Source: Candidatus Saccharimonadota bacterium (lineage in GTDB: Bacteria; Patescibacteriota; Saccharimonadia; Saccharimonadales; UBA4665). Taken from it: a DNA stretch of 32,000 bases. The position numbers and the translations under genes were made by a program. The notes beneath the pieces are model-generated. The model was not told where the DNA came from and ran no database searches. It saw nothing but the letters and a program-made list of their open reading frames with translations. The DNA is taken from the NCBI GenBank assembly GCA_003516025.1, contig CP023991.1, positions 420,001 to 452,000 on the forward strand. Direction: 5' to 3'. Below, in pieces: positions 9,218 through 17,324 of the stretch (its first letter is position 1; every line of letters begins with the position of its first letter).

Positions 9218-11548
9218 TTAATGTCTTTGCCGGCGTCCTTTTGAACTGTTTTCTGACCTCCAGCCATAACGGCGCTGTTTGCGGTTAAAATTACCCTGCT
9301 GATTACGGCTAGGGGCGTTTAATGTATCGATGAGATCTTTATCAAGCCAATATTCAAGCCGGGCAAGCTTATGCAGTTCAATCCGTTCTTTTTTCGGCAG
9401 CTCTGCGACGGATATTGAGCCGCCCGCTTTAACTCGCACCGTATCTTCGATTTTTCGGAACGGTATAGAAGGAATTTTATGGAAGTTAACTGTCGATAGT
9501 GACTGGCGCTGGATATCGAGCTGCTGCTGTACCCATCGCGCATATTCGGTAATGAATATTTTTTGATGTGCGGCACTGCGCTCTAATACCGGCGTTCCCT
9601 TGACGTTGATAACCCGCCCCCTATATTTAATCTGCTTTCGTTCCGCTAGCGTGCCGAAGTAGGTATCGTAATATATTTCCCCATGGCTTACCTTGAAAAG
9701 ATCAGGTGCCGTATCCTGAAGCCAGGCAGGGTCAACGGCAGTAATGTTGTTTACCAAATGCAATACTTCGAGACCGGCAGGGGTTGGTACTTCTAAATCA
9801 AACGGCGTGCCAGCAATTATGCCTACTCCCGTTACTACAGAAGTACTGGACATCTCACGGTGACTTTTTGACTGCAAGTGCACAACGTCGTTCGTGCCTT
9901 CAAGCAACCAAATCTGATGCAACTGGCCGGCAACGATACATCGCAGCAGCGGCTCCTCGTCCTCCACGGCTATCGCTGATAGCTCATCATTCATAAGCCC
10001 AAGATCGCGGATAAGCCGCTCCCGGACCTCTGTGGCTTTGTCGACATTCTTGCCGATAATACCGAGCTCTTCGTAGTCATCTTCCGGAATCTGAGGTAGG
10101 GCTAGCAATATGTCGTACTGGGCTAGCAAATCTGAATGTGTTTGCCTGGTAAAGCGACGCCAACCACTGTGTCGTGGCCCGCCTTTAGTAATTCCGCCGA
10201 CTTCCTGGATAGCTATAATGGCAGCTAAGTTGGTACGGACGCTCGAGGAATATTTTTCAGACTCAACCAGCATACGTCCATACGTCGATTCGACTGGAAA
10301 GCGTTCCATTTTAATTCCGACTTCCGTGACGGATCCGTTCTTTAAGGCTCCCAAGCTCGCCAGTGTGCGTTTGGCACGTTTAACCATATTCTTACTCGGG
10401 GCATGGAAAAATTCTAAGCCCTCAATGTCGATACTGATATTAGCAAGTCGTAAAACCAGCCGGTCAATATGCTTTCGCATGATTTCCGGTATGCCGTAAG
10501 CTGGCCGGTCTGCAAACGGTGAGCAGGGCATATTGTTAAGCTTTGCCAATATATATGTACCAGGTTTCGTACGGCCGGCCCGTCCAGCCCGCTGCAGGCA
10601 GTCAGCTTGCGATATTTCTGAGATAAAAAGCCCCTCAACACCGTTCTTCACCTCAGCCCGGCGTTCCAGGCCGGAGTCTATCACAACATCTATATCGTCG
10701 ATAGTAATACTGGTTTGCGCTATGTTAGTCGAGAGGATGACTTTGCCTTGCGGATGTGATTCAAACGCCCGTTGTTGCATTTCCGGTTCCAGCTGGCTGT
10801 GGAGAGGGATGACCGGAATATTGCGAGGAAGTGCGCTGATTGCTTCGTTCACTTGGTCTATCTCTGCCTTGCCAGGTAAAAAAACGAGGATGTTAGAGCC
10901 GGAATGCTGCAGCTGAGTTTCTATCTCTGTAACCAGATCTTTGGCGTAACGGCGTTCAACGGGAAAATTTCGGCCCTCGACATGTATAGGTGCGGAAGCG
11001 CCAAAGAAAGCGGCTAGATCTTCCGCTTCTATGGTGGCGCTCATAAGGACGAGCTTAAAATCCGGCTCTTCTTCGCATCTTTTTTTGGCCCAGGCAAGCA
11101 GGACTTCCATATTTTCGTTCCATTCATGGATTTCATCGAGCACCAGTACCTGACGATTGTTTGTGCCGTTTCCTGTCAGCTCGCGCACGAGCTGTAGTCC
11201 GTCGGTACAATACAGGATGACATTATCCGGACTGTCATCCTGCTCATGCGCCGTGCGATAGCCAACAAGATTCGTACAATCTTTGCCCATGCGCCATGAG
11301 TACTCCTGCCTGACGCGGCTGCTTAAATTGCGCGCCGCCAAGATGCGCGGTTGGGTAAGTATGATTTTTCTGTAACCATGTTCCGCCAGAAATTGCGGTA
11401 CTTGCGTACTTTTACCGGCGCCTGTTTCCGCTGTGATTATCGTTACCTGGTTGTTGTCGACCGATGAAATAATTTCAGATTTTCTGTCATTAATCGGTAA
11501 AGCGTAAACCGAGTCCAATGAGTTAAGCGAGGCTTCTGTCATAGGCAT
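9218..11548 (-). CDS. ATP-dependent DEAH-box helicase, HrpA/HrpB-like
   Basis: 776 aa with Walker A TGAGKST, DEIH, SAT, TNIAQTSITIDDIDVVIDSG and QRAGRAGR. The more likely start is ATG 11542, because TATACT (11555-11550) lies 7 nt upstream of it. Confidence 0.9.
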   Translation of the reverse strand: MPMTEASLNSLDSVYALPINDRKSEIISSVDNNQVTIITAETGAGKSTQVPQFLAEHGYRKIILTQPRILAARNLSSRVRQEYSWRMGKDCTNLVGYRTAHEQDDSPDNVILYCTDGLQLVRELTGNGTNNRQVLVLDEIHEWNENMEVLLAWAKKRCEEEPDFKLVLMSATIEAEDLAAFFGASAPIHVEGRNFPVERRYAKDLVTEIETQLQHSGSNILVFLPGKAEIDQVNEAISALPRNIPVIPLHSQLEPEMQQRAFESHPQGKVILSTNIAQTSITIDDIDVVIDSGLERRAEVKNGVEGLFISEISQADCLQRAGRAGRTKPGTYILAKLNNMPCSPFADRPAYGIPEIMRKHIDRLVLRLANISIDIEGLEFFHAPSKNMVKRAKRTLASLGALKNGSVTEVGIKMERFPVESTYGRMLVESEKYSSSVRTNLAAIIAIQEVGGITKGGPRHSGWRRFTRQTHSDLLAQYDILLALPQIPEDDYEELGIIGKNVDKATEVRERLIRDLGLMNDELSAIAVEDEEPLLRCIVAGQLHQIWLLEGTNDVVHLQSKSHREMSSTSVVTGVGIIAGTPFDLEVPTPAGLEVLHLVNNITAVDPAWLQDTAPDLFKVSHGEIYYDTYFGTLAERKQIKYRGRVINVKGTPVLERSAAHQKIFITEYARWVQQQLDIQRQSLSTVNFHKIPSIPFRKIEDTVRVKAGGSISVAELPKKERIELHKLARLEYWLDKDLIDTLNAPSRNQQGNFNRKQRRYGWRSENSSKGRRQRH

Positions 11549-11622
11549 AAGTATAAGGGAAGGCTAGAAAAAAGAGTAAAACAGCGGCTATATTACAATG
11601 CCTATGCCGCTTGGCTTGAGAA

Positions 11623-12237
11623 ATGGCTGATGTGTTGCTACTATTTCTGCTTATGGATTATAAAACCGCGCTCGGTGGCCTGAGTTCCCTCTTGGTAATA
11701 ATCAGTTACCTGCCGTATCTAGTGCATGTTTTTCAAGGAAAAACGAAACCTCATGTATATTCATGGCTGGTCTGGGCCGTTTTAGGAGGGATTGGTTTTG
11801 GCATCCAGATGCAGGGAAACGCCGGGGCGGGTTCCTGGGCTCTAGGCGCGACCGCTCTCGTATGTATGGCCATATTCATGCTAGCGGTTATTCGTGGCGA
11901 AAAACACGTACATTATGTTGATACATTTAGTTTGGTGCTGGCCTCAGGCTCCTTAGCAGTGTGGCTAACCAGCCACAAGCCGCTGGTCACTGCTATAGCA
12001 ATAACATTGACTGACGCACTGGGAGGATTCTTTCCGACGTTCCGCAAATCCTACTACGCTCCATATAGTGAGACGGCGAGCACCTATCTGATAAACGCGT
12101 TGGCGTTTACTATTTCACTATTCGCGTTGACCGACTTTAGTGCCAGCAACCTGTTGTATCCAGCGTCGCTTATCGTACTGAACGGCGGGTTGAGCTTTTA
12201 TTTGGTAGTGAGACGTACGTATGTGCGGAAGACATAG
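11623..12237 (+). CDS. polytopic membrane protein of unknown function
   Basis: 204 aa with about six hydrophobic helices. The start is uncertain; an internal ATG lies at 11653. Confidence 0.6.
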   Translation: MADVLLLFLLMDYKTALGGLSSLLVIISYLPYLVHVFQGKTKPHVYSWLVWAVLGGIGFGIQMQGNAGAGSWALGATALVCMAIFMLAVIRGEKHVHYVDTFSLVLASGSLAVWLTSHKPLVTAIAITLTDALGGFFPTFRKSYYAPYSETASTYLINALAFTISLFALTDFSASNLLYPASLIVLNGGLSFYLVVRRTYVRKT

Positions 12238-12261
12238 GAGTTTGGCGGTTTGTTATATGGT

Positions 12262-12288
12262 GGCGTATCGTGGACGTACTTCGCAGTT
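12262..12288 (-). repeat. copy 3 (diverged) of the roughly 30-nt intergenic repeat family
   Basis: ATCGTGGACGTACTTCGCAGTT matches the repeat core at 19 of 22 positions. It starts 1 nt after the CofE-like stop codon. Confidence 0.6.
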
Positions 12289-12289
12289 T

Positions 12290-13021
12290 TTATAACGTCG
12301 CATCCGTAAGTGACGCCTTCTCATCGAGTTCAAATTCATGCCCGCGAATAATGGCGGCGGGAATATTATTTCCACGCTGTCCCATCACCAGTCCTGCCGC
12401 GGCGGCCAACATGTCGCAAATCGTTTCTTCGTTACTCTGTTGATCTCGGAGCGGCTGCATGCCACTCAGGCCTATACATAATTGCGTAGCACCACCAATG
12501 TCTTCACGGCCATCACTATCGGTGATTAGTATTGCTACGTCTATATTTGCCGAGTTTTTGATATTTATACGAATCTTTTTTGCGCTGGCGTTAGGATCAC
12601 GAGGCAATAAAAGCACGGTGTTGTCATCAACTGTATCAATGCCGGCACTGGTAAGCTTGCGGCCTGTTTTAGTCTTCACGCCTATCCAATTGCCGTGAAT
12701 ATCAATATTTTTTAAATCATAATCGCACTCTTGCAGTATTAACTCTAATATGGTGGGTTTTTTTCGAGGAATTTTTGCATGGAGTTCGTAGGCCTGCTTT
12801 GAGGGGACGACAGTGTTAAGTTCAACGAACCTGTTTTCCGAAATAGTTACAATTTTCGACGCGACGCAAATTATATCTCCCTGACGCAGTTCCAATCCGG
12901 TTTTATGGAGGCACGTAAGAAGAGCATCAGCTAGGTTATCTGCTGGCTGGATTGCCGGCATGTGGTGAATCCCCATGATGGTGATAGGCTTTTGCATATC
13001 GTTATGATACCAAACGCACAT
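12290..13021 (-). CDS. CofE-like (F420-0:gamma-glutamyl ligase family) protein
   Basis: 243 aa with an N-terminal PAIQPADNLADALL segment and an ILITDSDGR motif typical of the family. The true start may be ATG 12997. Confidence 0.7.
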   Translation of the reverse strand: MCVWYHNDMQKPITIMGIHHMPAIQPADNLADALLTCLHKTGLELRQGDIICVASKIVTISENRFVELNTVVPSKQAYELHAKIPRKKPTILELILQECDYDLKNIDIHGNWIGVKTKTGRKLTSAGIDTVDDNTVLLLPRDPNASAKKIRINIKNSANIDVAILITDSDGREDIGGATQLCIGLSGMQPLRDQQSNEETICDMLAAAAGLVMGQRGNNIPAAIIRGHEFELDEKASLTDATL

Positions 13022-13135
13022 AAAACTTTTTGGCGGAACTGCGCACGACGAGCGTGTGAGATAATAAGTTTACGGACAAACTCACCGTCATTTAATACGA
13101 CACGTGAGGGCCTAAAGTAACATGAAAGGTTATGT

Positions 13136-13702
13136 ATGGGAAAAGTAATGGCTGGCATGACCGTATCATTGGATGGCTCCATAAATGACCGTAACGGGAG
13201 CGCCGCAAGCCTCAGCCCGGACTTTGATGAACTTCTTGAATCTCCTTCTTTTAAGGAAATGACCAAAAACACCGGGGCCGTCATTATGGGCAGGCATACG
13301 TATGAGATGGCAGATCCGTTCTCGTGGATAAACGATGACTATGAATTCCAAGTTCCTATCTTTGTGCTTACCCATACGCCGCCCGAGCAGTATCCGAAGG
13401 GAAACGACAAACTTACGCTCACGTTCGTGACCGATGGAATTGAAAGCGCTATTGCTCAAGCGAAAAAGGCAGCCGGCGACAAGATGGTTCAGATAATAGG
13501 CGGGGCAGACACGATACAACAATGCCTGAATTCGGGTTTGTGCGATGAACTGGAGATAGATGTCATGCCCGTGCTCCTCGGCAACGGACTGCGACTATTT
13601 GAAAATATAGATACGGACAAAATAAAGCTTGAAAGAATCAGCGTGGAAGAAACTACGGGTATGAGGACGAGCGCTACGTTTAGAGTTACCAAATATCTAT
13701 AG
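13136..13702 (+). CDS. dihydrofolate-reductase-like protein (RibD C-terminal domain family)
   Basis: 188 aa with an N-terminal MTVSLDGSI segment, VIMGRHTYE and IIGGADTIQQ blocks. Confidence 0.75.
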   Translation: MGKVMAGMTVSLDGSINDRNGSAASLSPDFDELLESPSFKEMTKNTGAVIMGRHTYEMADPFSWINDDYEFQVPIFVLTHTPPEQYPKGNDKLTLTFVTDGIESAIAQAKKAAGDKMVQIIGGADTIQQCLNSGLCDELEIDVMPVLLGNGLRLFENIDTDKIKLERISVEETTGMRTSATFRVTKYL

Positions 13703-13969
13703 TTTTGCAAACCGAGGTACCGTTTCGCCTTCCCACTCAACCATGGCAATCCATGAGTTAAACGGCCGGATATATGTAAGGCGCTCTTCATAGTCGGCTT
13801 TATAAATGACGCACAGCTGATTATCTTCTTCTTGAAATGCCAAGTCTTGTACAGTGTATATTTTATGCGTCGCCTTATAGTGCCTGTATTTTGCGCCAAT
13901 CTCTACTTGCGTGAGAGCATGTTCTAGTTCTACTTTAAGCTGAATCTGCTCTTCAAGTGTTTTGCCCAT
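13697..13969 (-). CDS. DUF1653-family protein
   Basis: 90 aa. KYRHYKATHKIYTV...VIYKADY...IRPFNSW...VPRF fits the DUF1653 pattern. TGtTATAAT lies 6 nt from the ATG. Confidence 0.75.
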   Translation of the reverse strand: MGKTLEEQIQLKVELEHALTQVEIGAKYRHYKATHKIYTVQDLAFQEEDNQLCVIYKADYEERLTYIRPFNSWIAMVEWEGETVPRFAKL

Positions 13970-14030
13970 ACAAAAATTATAACAATAAAACGAGCCACTG
14001 ATGTGACCCTGGGGGTGATTAGTTTTTTCT

Positions 14031-14060
14031 GGCTGGTTATAGTTGACGTGCTTCTCGACA
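14031..14060 (-). repeat. copy 4 (diverged) of the roughly 30-nt intergenic repeat family
   Basis: GGCTGGTTATAGTTGACGTGCTTCTCGACA matches the identical copies at 22 of 30 positions without gaps. It begins 18 nt after the PNPOx-like stop. Confidence 0.5.
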
Positions 14061-14078
14061 TATCAGTTTGGAGGTCTG

Positions 14079-14543
14079 CTAAATATCTACAGTAATTCGA
14101 TAGTCTTTTATGAAGTCGCCATCAGTGTCTTGATGGGCGTCATTAAGCCAAGCCTTGATGGGGGTAGCCTTATAAATTCTTTGCTGGCCTCCTGGCAGGA
14201 ACTTTTCAATGTGCAAGAATGGCTTACCTCGTCTTGCTCCCAGCAGGTCAAGGGCAAATTCAATCTCATCGTTAGACTTAAGTTCGCTGGCAGATGCTTG
14301 TACGTATAAACCTACGCCTTCACCTTCAGTAGCTTTTGAGTTGTATATAACAATAAATGCTTTATGGCTTGCGGTGATATTTTTTGAGTGCTCAGATCCC
14401 GGATGCGAAGACCAGTAGATATTATTATCTTGGTCAGCCACGCAGAATACCGGCGTATTCCACGGATTGCCGTCAATGTCAGACGTTGCAATAGTAGCGT
14501 ACTGAATACTGTCTAGAATTTGCAGCGCCACTTTATTCGTCAT
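14079..14543 (-). CDS. pyridoxamine 5'-phosphate oxidase-family (split-barrel flavin/deazaflavin-binding) protein
   Basis: 154 aa. ATIATSDIDGNPWNTPVF...IYWSS fits the PNPOx-like N-terminal pattern. TGaTATAGT lies 6 nt from the ATG. Confidence 0.75.
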   Translation of the reverse strand: MTNKVALQILDSIQYATIATSDIDGNPWNTPVFCVADQDNNIYWSSHPGSEHSKNITASHKAFIVIYNSKATEGEGVGLYVQASASELKSNDEIEFALDLLGARRGKPFLHIEKFLPGGQQRIYKATPIKAWLNDAHQDTDGDFIKDYRITVDI

Positions 14544-14560
14544 GCGTTAACTATATCAAA

Positions 14561-14589
14561 TAAAAAGATCTCTAACGTGAAGAGATCTT
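14561..14589 (-). terminator. intrinsic terminator after lepB
   Basis: The minus strand reads AAGATCTCT-tcacgtt-AGAGATCTT followed by TTTTTATTT. Confidence 0.65.
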
Positions 14590-14604
14590 ATATTACTTAT
14601 GCTT

Positions 14605-14634
14605 GGCTGTCCATCGTTGACGTACTTCGCAACT
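14605..14634 (-). repeat. copy 1 of the 30-nt repeat (GGCTGTCCATCGTTGACGTACTTCGCAACT on the plus strand)
   Basis: Identical at 30 of 30 positions to 15240-15269. It lies in the 3' UTR position of lepB, upstream of the terminator. Confidence 0.8.
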
Positions 14635-14666
14635 TTGATGATTTAAAGAAGTGGTCCGGTTAAGCT

Positions 14667-15179
14667 CTAAGGCTCAACCTTGCCGACAATACTTTCTGCC
14701 GTAATAGGTCCAAATACTCGAGAATCCAATGAAACGCTTCTGTTGTCTCCGAGGACGAAATATTGGTTCGCAGGAATAGTAATATCAATTTTTCCGCTAG
14801 TGTCGATTTGTTGTTTTAGGTAAAGTGCATCAGGATTAAAGTCTCGCGAAAACTGACTATTGTATATAGTAACTTTCCCGTTAGATATGGTAACTCTTTC
14901 ATTGGGTAGCCCTACAACGCGTTTTATGAGTTGTTTGGTTTGGTTTTGTCCTTTTTCTGAAAAGACAACTATATCTCCTCGAGCAGGATTGGCCCCACCT
15001 TTATAGGGTTCTGCTTTTACTGTTTGTCCAGAATTAAGTGTCGGACTCATTGCGGGTCCGTCTACTGCATATAGGCTTCTGTGATAATGCACCAGAGCTA
15101 CCAATGCAATGGCGACCGCTACTAATAGGATGGCTATAATTATGAGAATAACTGTTATCTTTTTTACATTTCTTTTCAT
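14667..15179 (-). CDS. lepB: signal peptidase I
   Basis: 170 aa with an N-terminal TM anchor, the Ser box GPAMSPTL, RGDIVVF, the Lys box KRVVGLPNE and VLGDNRSVSLDSR. TGcTATAAT lies 6 nt from the ATG. Confidence 0.9.
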   Translation of the reverse strand: MKRNVKKITVILIIIAILLVAVAIALVALVHYHRSLYAVDGPAMSPTLNSGQTVKAEPYKGGANPARGDIVVFSEKGQNQTKQLIKRVVGLPNERVTISNGKVTIYNSQFSRDFNPDALYLKQQIDTSGKIDITIPANQYFVLGDNRSVSLDSRVFGPITAESIVGKVEP

Positions 15180-15196
15180 AACGGGATTATAGCATA

Positions 15197-15222
15197 TAAA
15201 AAGACCTCAAAATCTGAGGCCT
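15197..15222 (-). terminator. intrinsic terminator-like hairpin upstream of the lepB promoter
   Basis: The minus strand reads AGGCCTCA-gattt-TGAGGTCT followed by TTTT. Confidence 0.6.
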
Positions 15223-15239
15223 ATAAGCATAAGCTTTAT

Positions 15240-15269
15240 GGCTGTCCATCGTTGACGTACTTCGCAACT
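15240..15269 (-). repeat. copy 2 of the 30-nt repeat
   Basis: Identical to 14605-14634. It abuts the left edge of the AT-rich island. Confidence 0.8.
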
Positions 15270-15384
15270 ACGAGCAAATACAAAATTTGGCGAAATGATA
15301 ACATAATGTACTAAGATGTTAATGTCGGACAATTAGCAATTAAGTAAGTTATGTAGGTTATGAGACATCTTATCTGGATAATAA

Positions 15385-15406
15385 TGTCACTAGTGACAGG
15401 TATGAT
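15385..15406 (+). promoter_or_regulatory. perfect 14-bp palindrome TGTCACTAGTGACA followed 2 nt later by TATGAT; candidate operator overlapping a promoter
   Basis: Palindrome at 15385-15398 and -10-like TATGAT at 15401-15406, about 60 nt upstream of the ATG at 15465. Confidence 0.45.
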
Positions 15407-15464
15407 AGTAATTTTAATCGGAGGCACCCACCCATCATTGCCTCATTTGAATAGAGGATTCGAT

Positions 15465-16229
15465 ATGTCTGATGAAATTACGGCAGGAATAATCGGCGCC
15501 GGAGCTGGATTAGTCGGTGCTTTAATTGGGGCATATGCCGGTTATAGGTTTAATGAGAAGCTTGAAGCAACGCGTACTAAGGAACGCCGTCAAGTACAAA
15601 CAAAAAACACTATTTTCTCGCCAATTTATAAACAGCTCACAGGACTGAAAGCATTTTTAGATAATCGGCAAAATCCCTTAGCCCCTAATATTTCAGTTCA
15701 TTTCGCAAACGACAGATACCATGGCGGACTTAGCTATACCTTCGACATATGGGAGAGTATGAAGCGGGACATACGTAAATTATATATTCCAGTAAGTAAG
15801 CGTGAAGAACTAGATAAATTAACAAAAGTTATAGTGGATCATATGAATCTTCAGCAAGTTGTCCAAGCGTCCATTATTCAAATTGCTGTATCGTTTGCAG
15901 CGGAACATAGAGATCGTTTAAAAACGCCTTCTAGTTGGAATCCGCGGTTTATGGGAAACGCGTTGGATGTTTACTCGTCCGGCATCGCTTACCCTCGCAT
16001 TAAAGACGATATTAAAGAACACTTAAATTCTGGGTTCAACTTTAGCCCGGAAGAACAAGATCAGTTTGCTACCGAGCTACTGAAGAGAGTGGATGAACAT
16101 GAAAATCAAAAGCGTCTTATTAATAGCTTCAATCATGTCATGTCAACAATAGTACTAGTAACAGAATCATTTGAAACACTAGTCAGCGAGATAATTACTA
16201 AATACGAAGGAGGTGTTGATGTTAAATGA
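15465..16229 (+). CDS. hypothetical membrane-anchored protein (glycine-zipper-like N-terminal TM helix)
   Basis: 254 aa from ATG 15465, with AGAGGA SD 6 nt upstream. The track start at 15360 has no SD. TM segment GIIGAGAGLVGALIGAYAGY. The rest is soluble with no motif I recognise. Confidence 0.6.
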   Translation: MSDEITAGIIGAGAGLVGALIGAYAGYRFNEKLEATRTKERRQVQTKNTIFSPIYKQLTGLKAFLDNRQNPLAPNISVHFANDRYHGGLSYTFDIWESMKRDIRKLYIPVSKREELDKLTKVIVDHMNLQQVVQASIIQIAVSFAAEHRDRLKTPSSWNPRFMGNALDVYSSGIAYPRIKDDIKEHLNSGFNFSPEEQDQFATELLKRVDEHENQKRLINSFNHVMSTIVLVTESFETLVSEIITKYEGGVDVK

Positions 16230-16440
16230 TATAGGCCTGAGTAAAGCCGAGATTCGAAGAGAAATACAAAAACATTTAGATGAAAATGCTGACTTAGTAA
16301 TTGGAATAGATGACCCTGAAATGGTGCAGCTTATCGAAGTATTATGCGACGGATTTTCTGAAGCAATTTCCGCTAACAATAAAAAAATTGCGGATGATTT
16401 AAAACGTAACGACCGAGATATGGCTATGCGTCTTCGATAA
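16219..16440 (+). CDS. hypothetical small acidic protein, translationally coupled to the upstream gene
   Basis: 73 aa from ATG 16219. GAAGGAGG SD lies 5 nt upstream, inside the 3' end of the previous ORF, and the two ORFs overlap by 11 nt. Confidence 0.55.
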   Translation: MLNDIGLSKAEIRREIQKHLDENADLVIGIDDPEMVQLIEVLCDGFSEAISANNKKIADDLKRNDRDMAMRLR

Positions 16441-16447
16441 GTAGGCG

Positions 16448-17323
16448 TTACTTTGCTTTACCAATTTTGTTCATTAGTAGCTCATTCTTTTTACGCGATA
16501 TCCAGTAAACGAAATCAAAAATCAAAGGGGCTGTGATACGGTGACTATATATTGCATCTTGCAGTGCGCGTATGTCGGCCATATCAACTTGTTGTGTTTC
16601 GCTTGCGGCAAGAAGGGATTTTGATCTATTCAAATTAGCTTCTGCATTTTTTATTGCTTGGAAATTCTTATAACATTCAACAATCATGGTTTGAAATGCG
16701 GGAATCATCGGAACTATGATAACCAAAATGAATTCTTTTAGTTTTAAATCTCGCATATTTCCGACGTAAATTAAAACAAAGAATATTACAATTACTAAAG
16801 CTGTTGTTGTGATTGTGTATTTCGTTCTAAGACTGCCATCCCACCACGAATTTATTCTTTGAGCCGTAATGATTGCTTTGCTTTGTTCCCATCGAGGGCT
16901 AATCGTATACCAGTTTTTTAATCGAGGATCTTTATTTTTCTTCAGGAAAGTTTTTTTATTGAGTAATTTGTCTGCCCACTCTTCGATCACTTCTTTAATG
17001 TCAGGTTTATTAACGATGATTACATTCAAGGGTATCTCTAGAACGTGATGATCGAATAACTCCTGAATAGAGGCAGCAGTTTTTATATAGTTTTTTATAA
17101 TCAAATACAGTGCGGCATTAATGGCAATTACAGCGATACCCAAGATAGCTATGTGTGATGCAAACTGTGGTTTGAATATCGTAGCAAAACTAAAGACAGG
17201 GACTACAATAATATTAAGCAGAAGGGTTAATGCCCAGTATTTTTTTGCATGTGAGTAAATCGCTCTTTGGGCGGCAAGAAGTCGGATTGCTTTCTTCTCA
17301 TTCTGTTTTTTGATGCTGTTCAT
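16448..17323 (-). CDS. four-TM effector, S-4TM-like (SMODS-associated) CBASS effector candidate
   Basis: 291 aa with two TM hairpins (YWALTLLLNIIVVPVFSFATIF and IAILGIAVIAINAALYLII, then ALVIVIFFVLIYVG and FILVIIVPMIPAFQTMIV) separated by a soluble insert. It lies 1 nt downstream of the nucleotidyltransferase gene. Confidence 0.7.
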   Translation of the reverse strand: MNSIKKQNEKKAIRLLAAQRAIYSHAKKYWALTLLLNIIVVPVFSFATIFKPQFASHIAILGIAVIAINAALYLIIKNYIKTAASIQELFDHHVLEIPLNVIIVNKPDIKEVIEEWADKLLNKKTFLKKNKDPRLKNWYTISPRWEQSKAIITAQRINSWWDGSLRTKYTITTTALVIVIFFVLIYVGNMRDLKLKEFILVIIVPMIPAFQTMIVECYKNFQAIKNAEANLNRSKSLLAASETQQVDMADIRALQDAIYSHRITAPLIFDFVYWISRKKNELLMNKIGKAK

Positions 17324-17324
17324 A

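Noticed and set aside
14605-14634. The 30-nt repeat as a tRNA 3' fragment (its reverse complement ends in CAGCCA, like tRNA-Gln) or as an integron attC site
   Set aside because: The 17 nt preceding the putative acceptor strand cannot form a T arm (TGCGA does not pair with CAACG, and there is no TTCGAAT-type loop). It is too short for attC and lacks RYYYAAC/GTTRRRY cores, and no integron integrase is nearby.
15274-15279. GCAAAT at 15274-15279 and at 21244-21249 as a direct repeat marking the element ends, along with AAATT(T)GGC similarity at both ends
   Set aside because: A 6-bp match found when scanning tens of positions on both sides is expected by chance in AT-rich DNA. Serine recombinases also do not generate target duplications. 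It is kept only as a coordinate hint.
15360-15464. Track start 15360 for the island's first gene
   Set aside because: There is no SD, and the extension would overlap the palindromic operator and -10 box. ATG 15465 has an AGAGGA SD at ideal spacing.
15452-15464. GAGGATTCGA resembling the tRNA-Gln T-arm antisense (GAGGGATTCGAA) as a possible displaced tRNA fragment (attL)
   Set aside because: Similarity does not extend beyond about 10 nt, and the sequence is better explained as the SD region of the gene at 15465.
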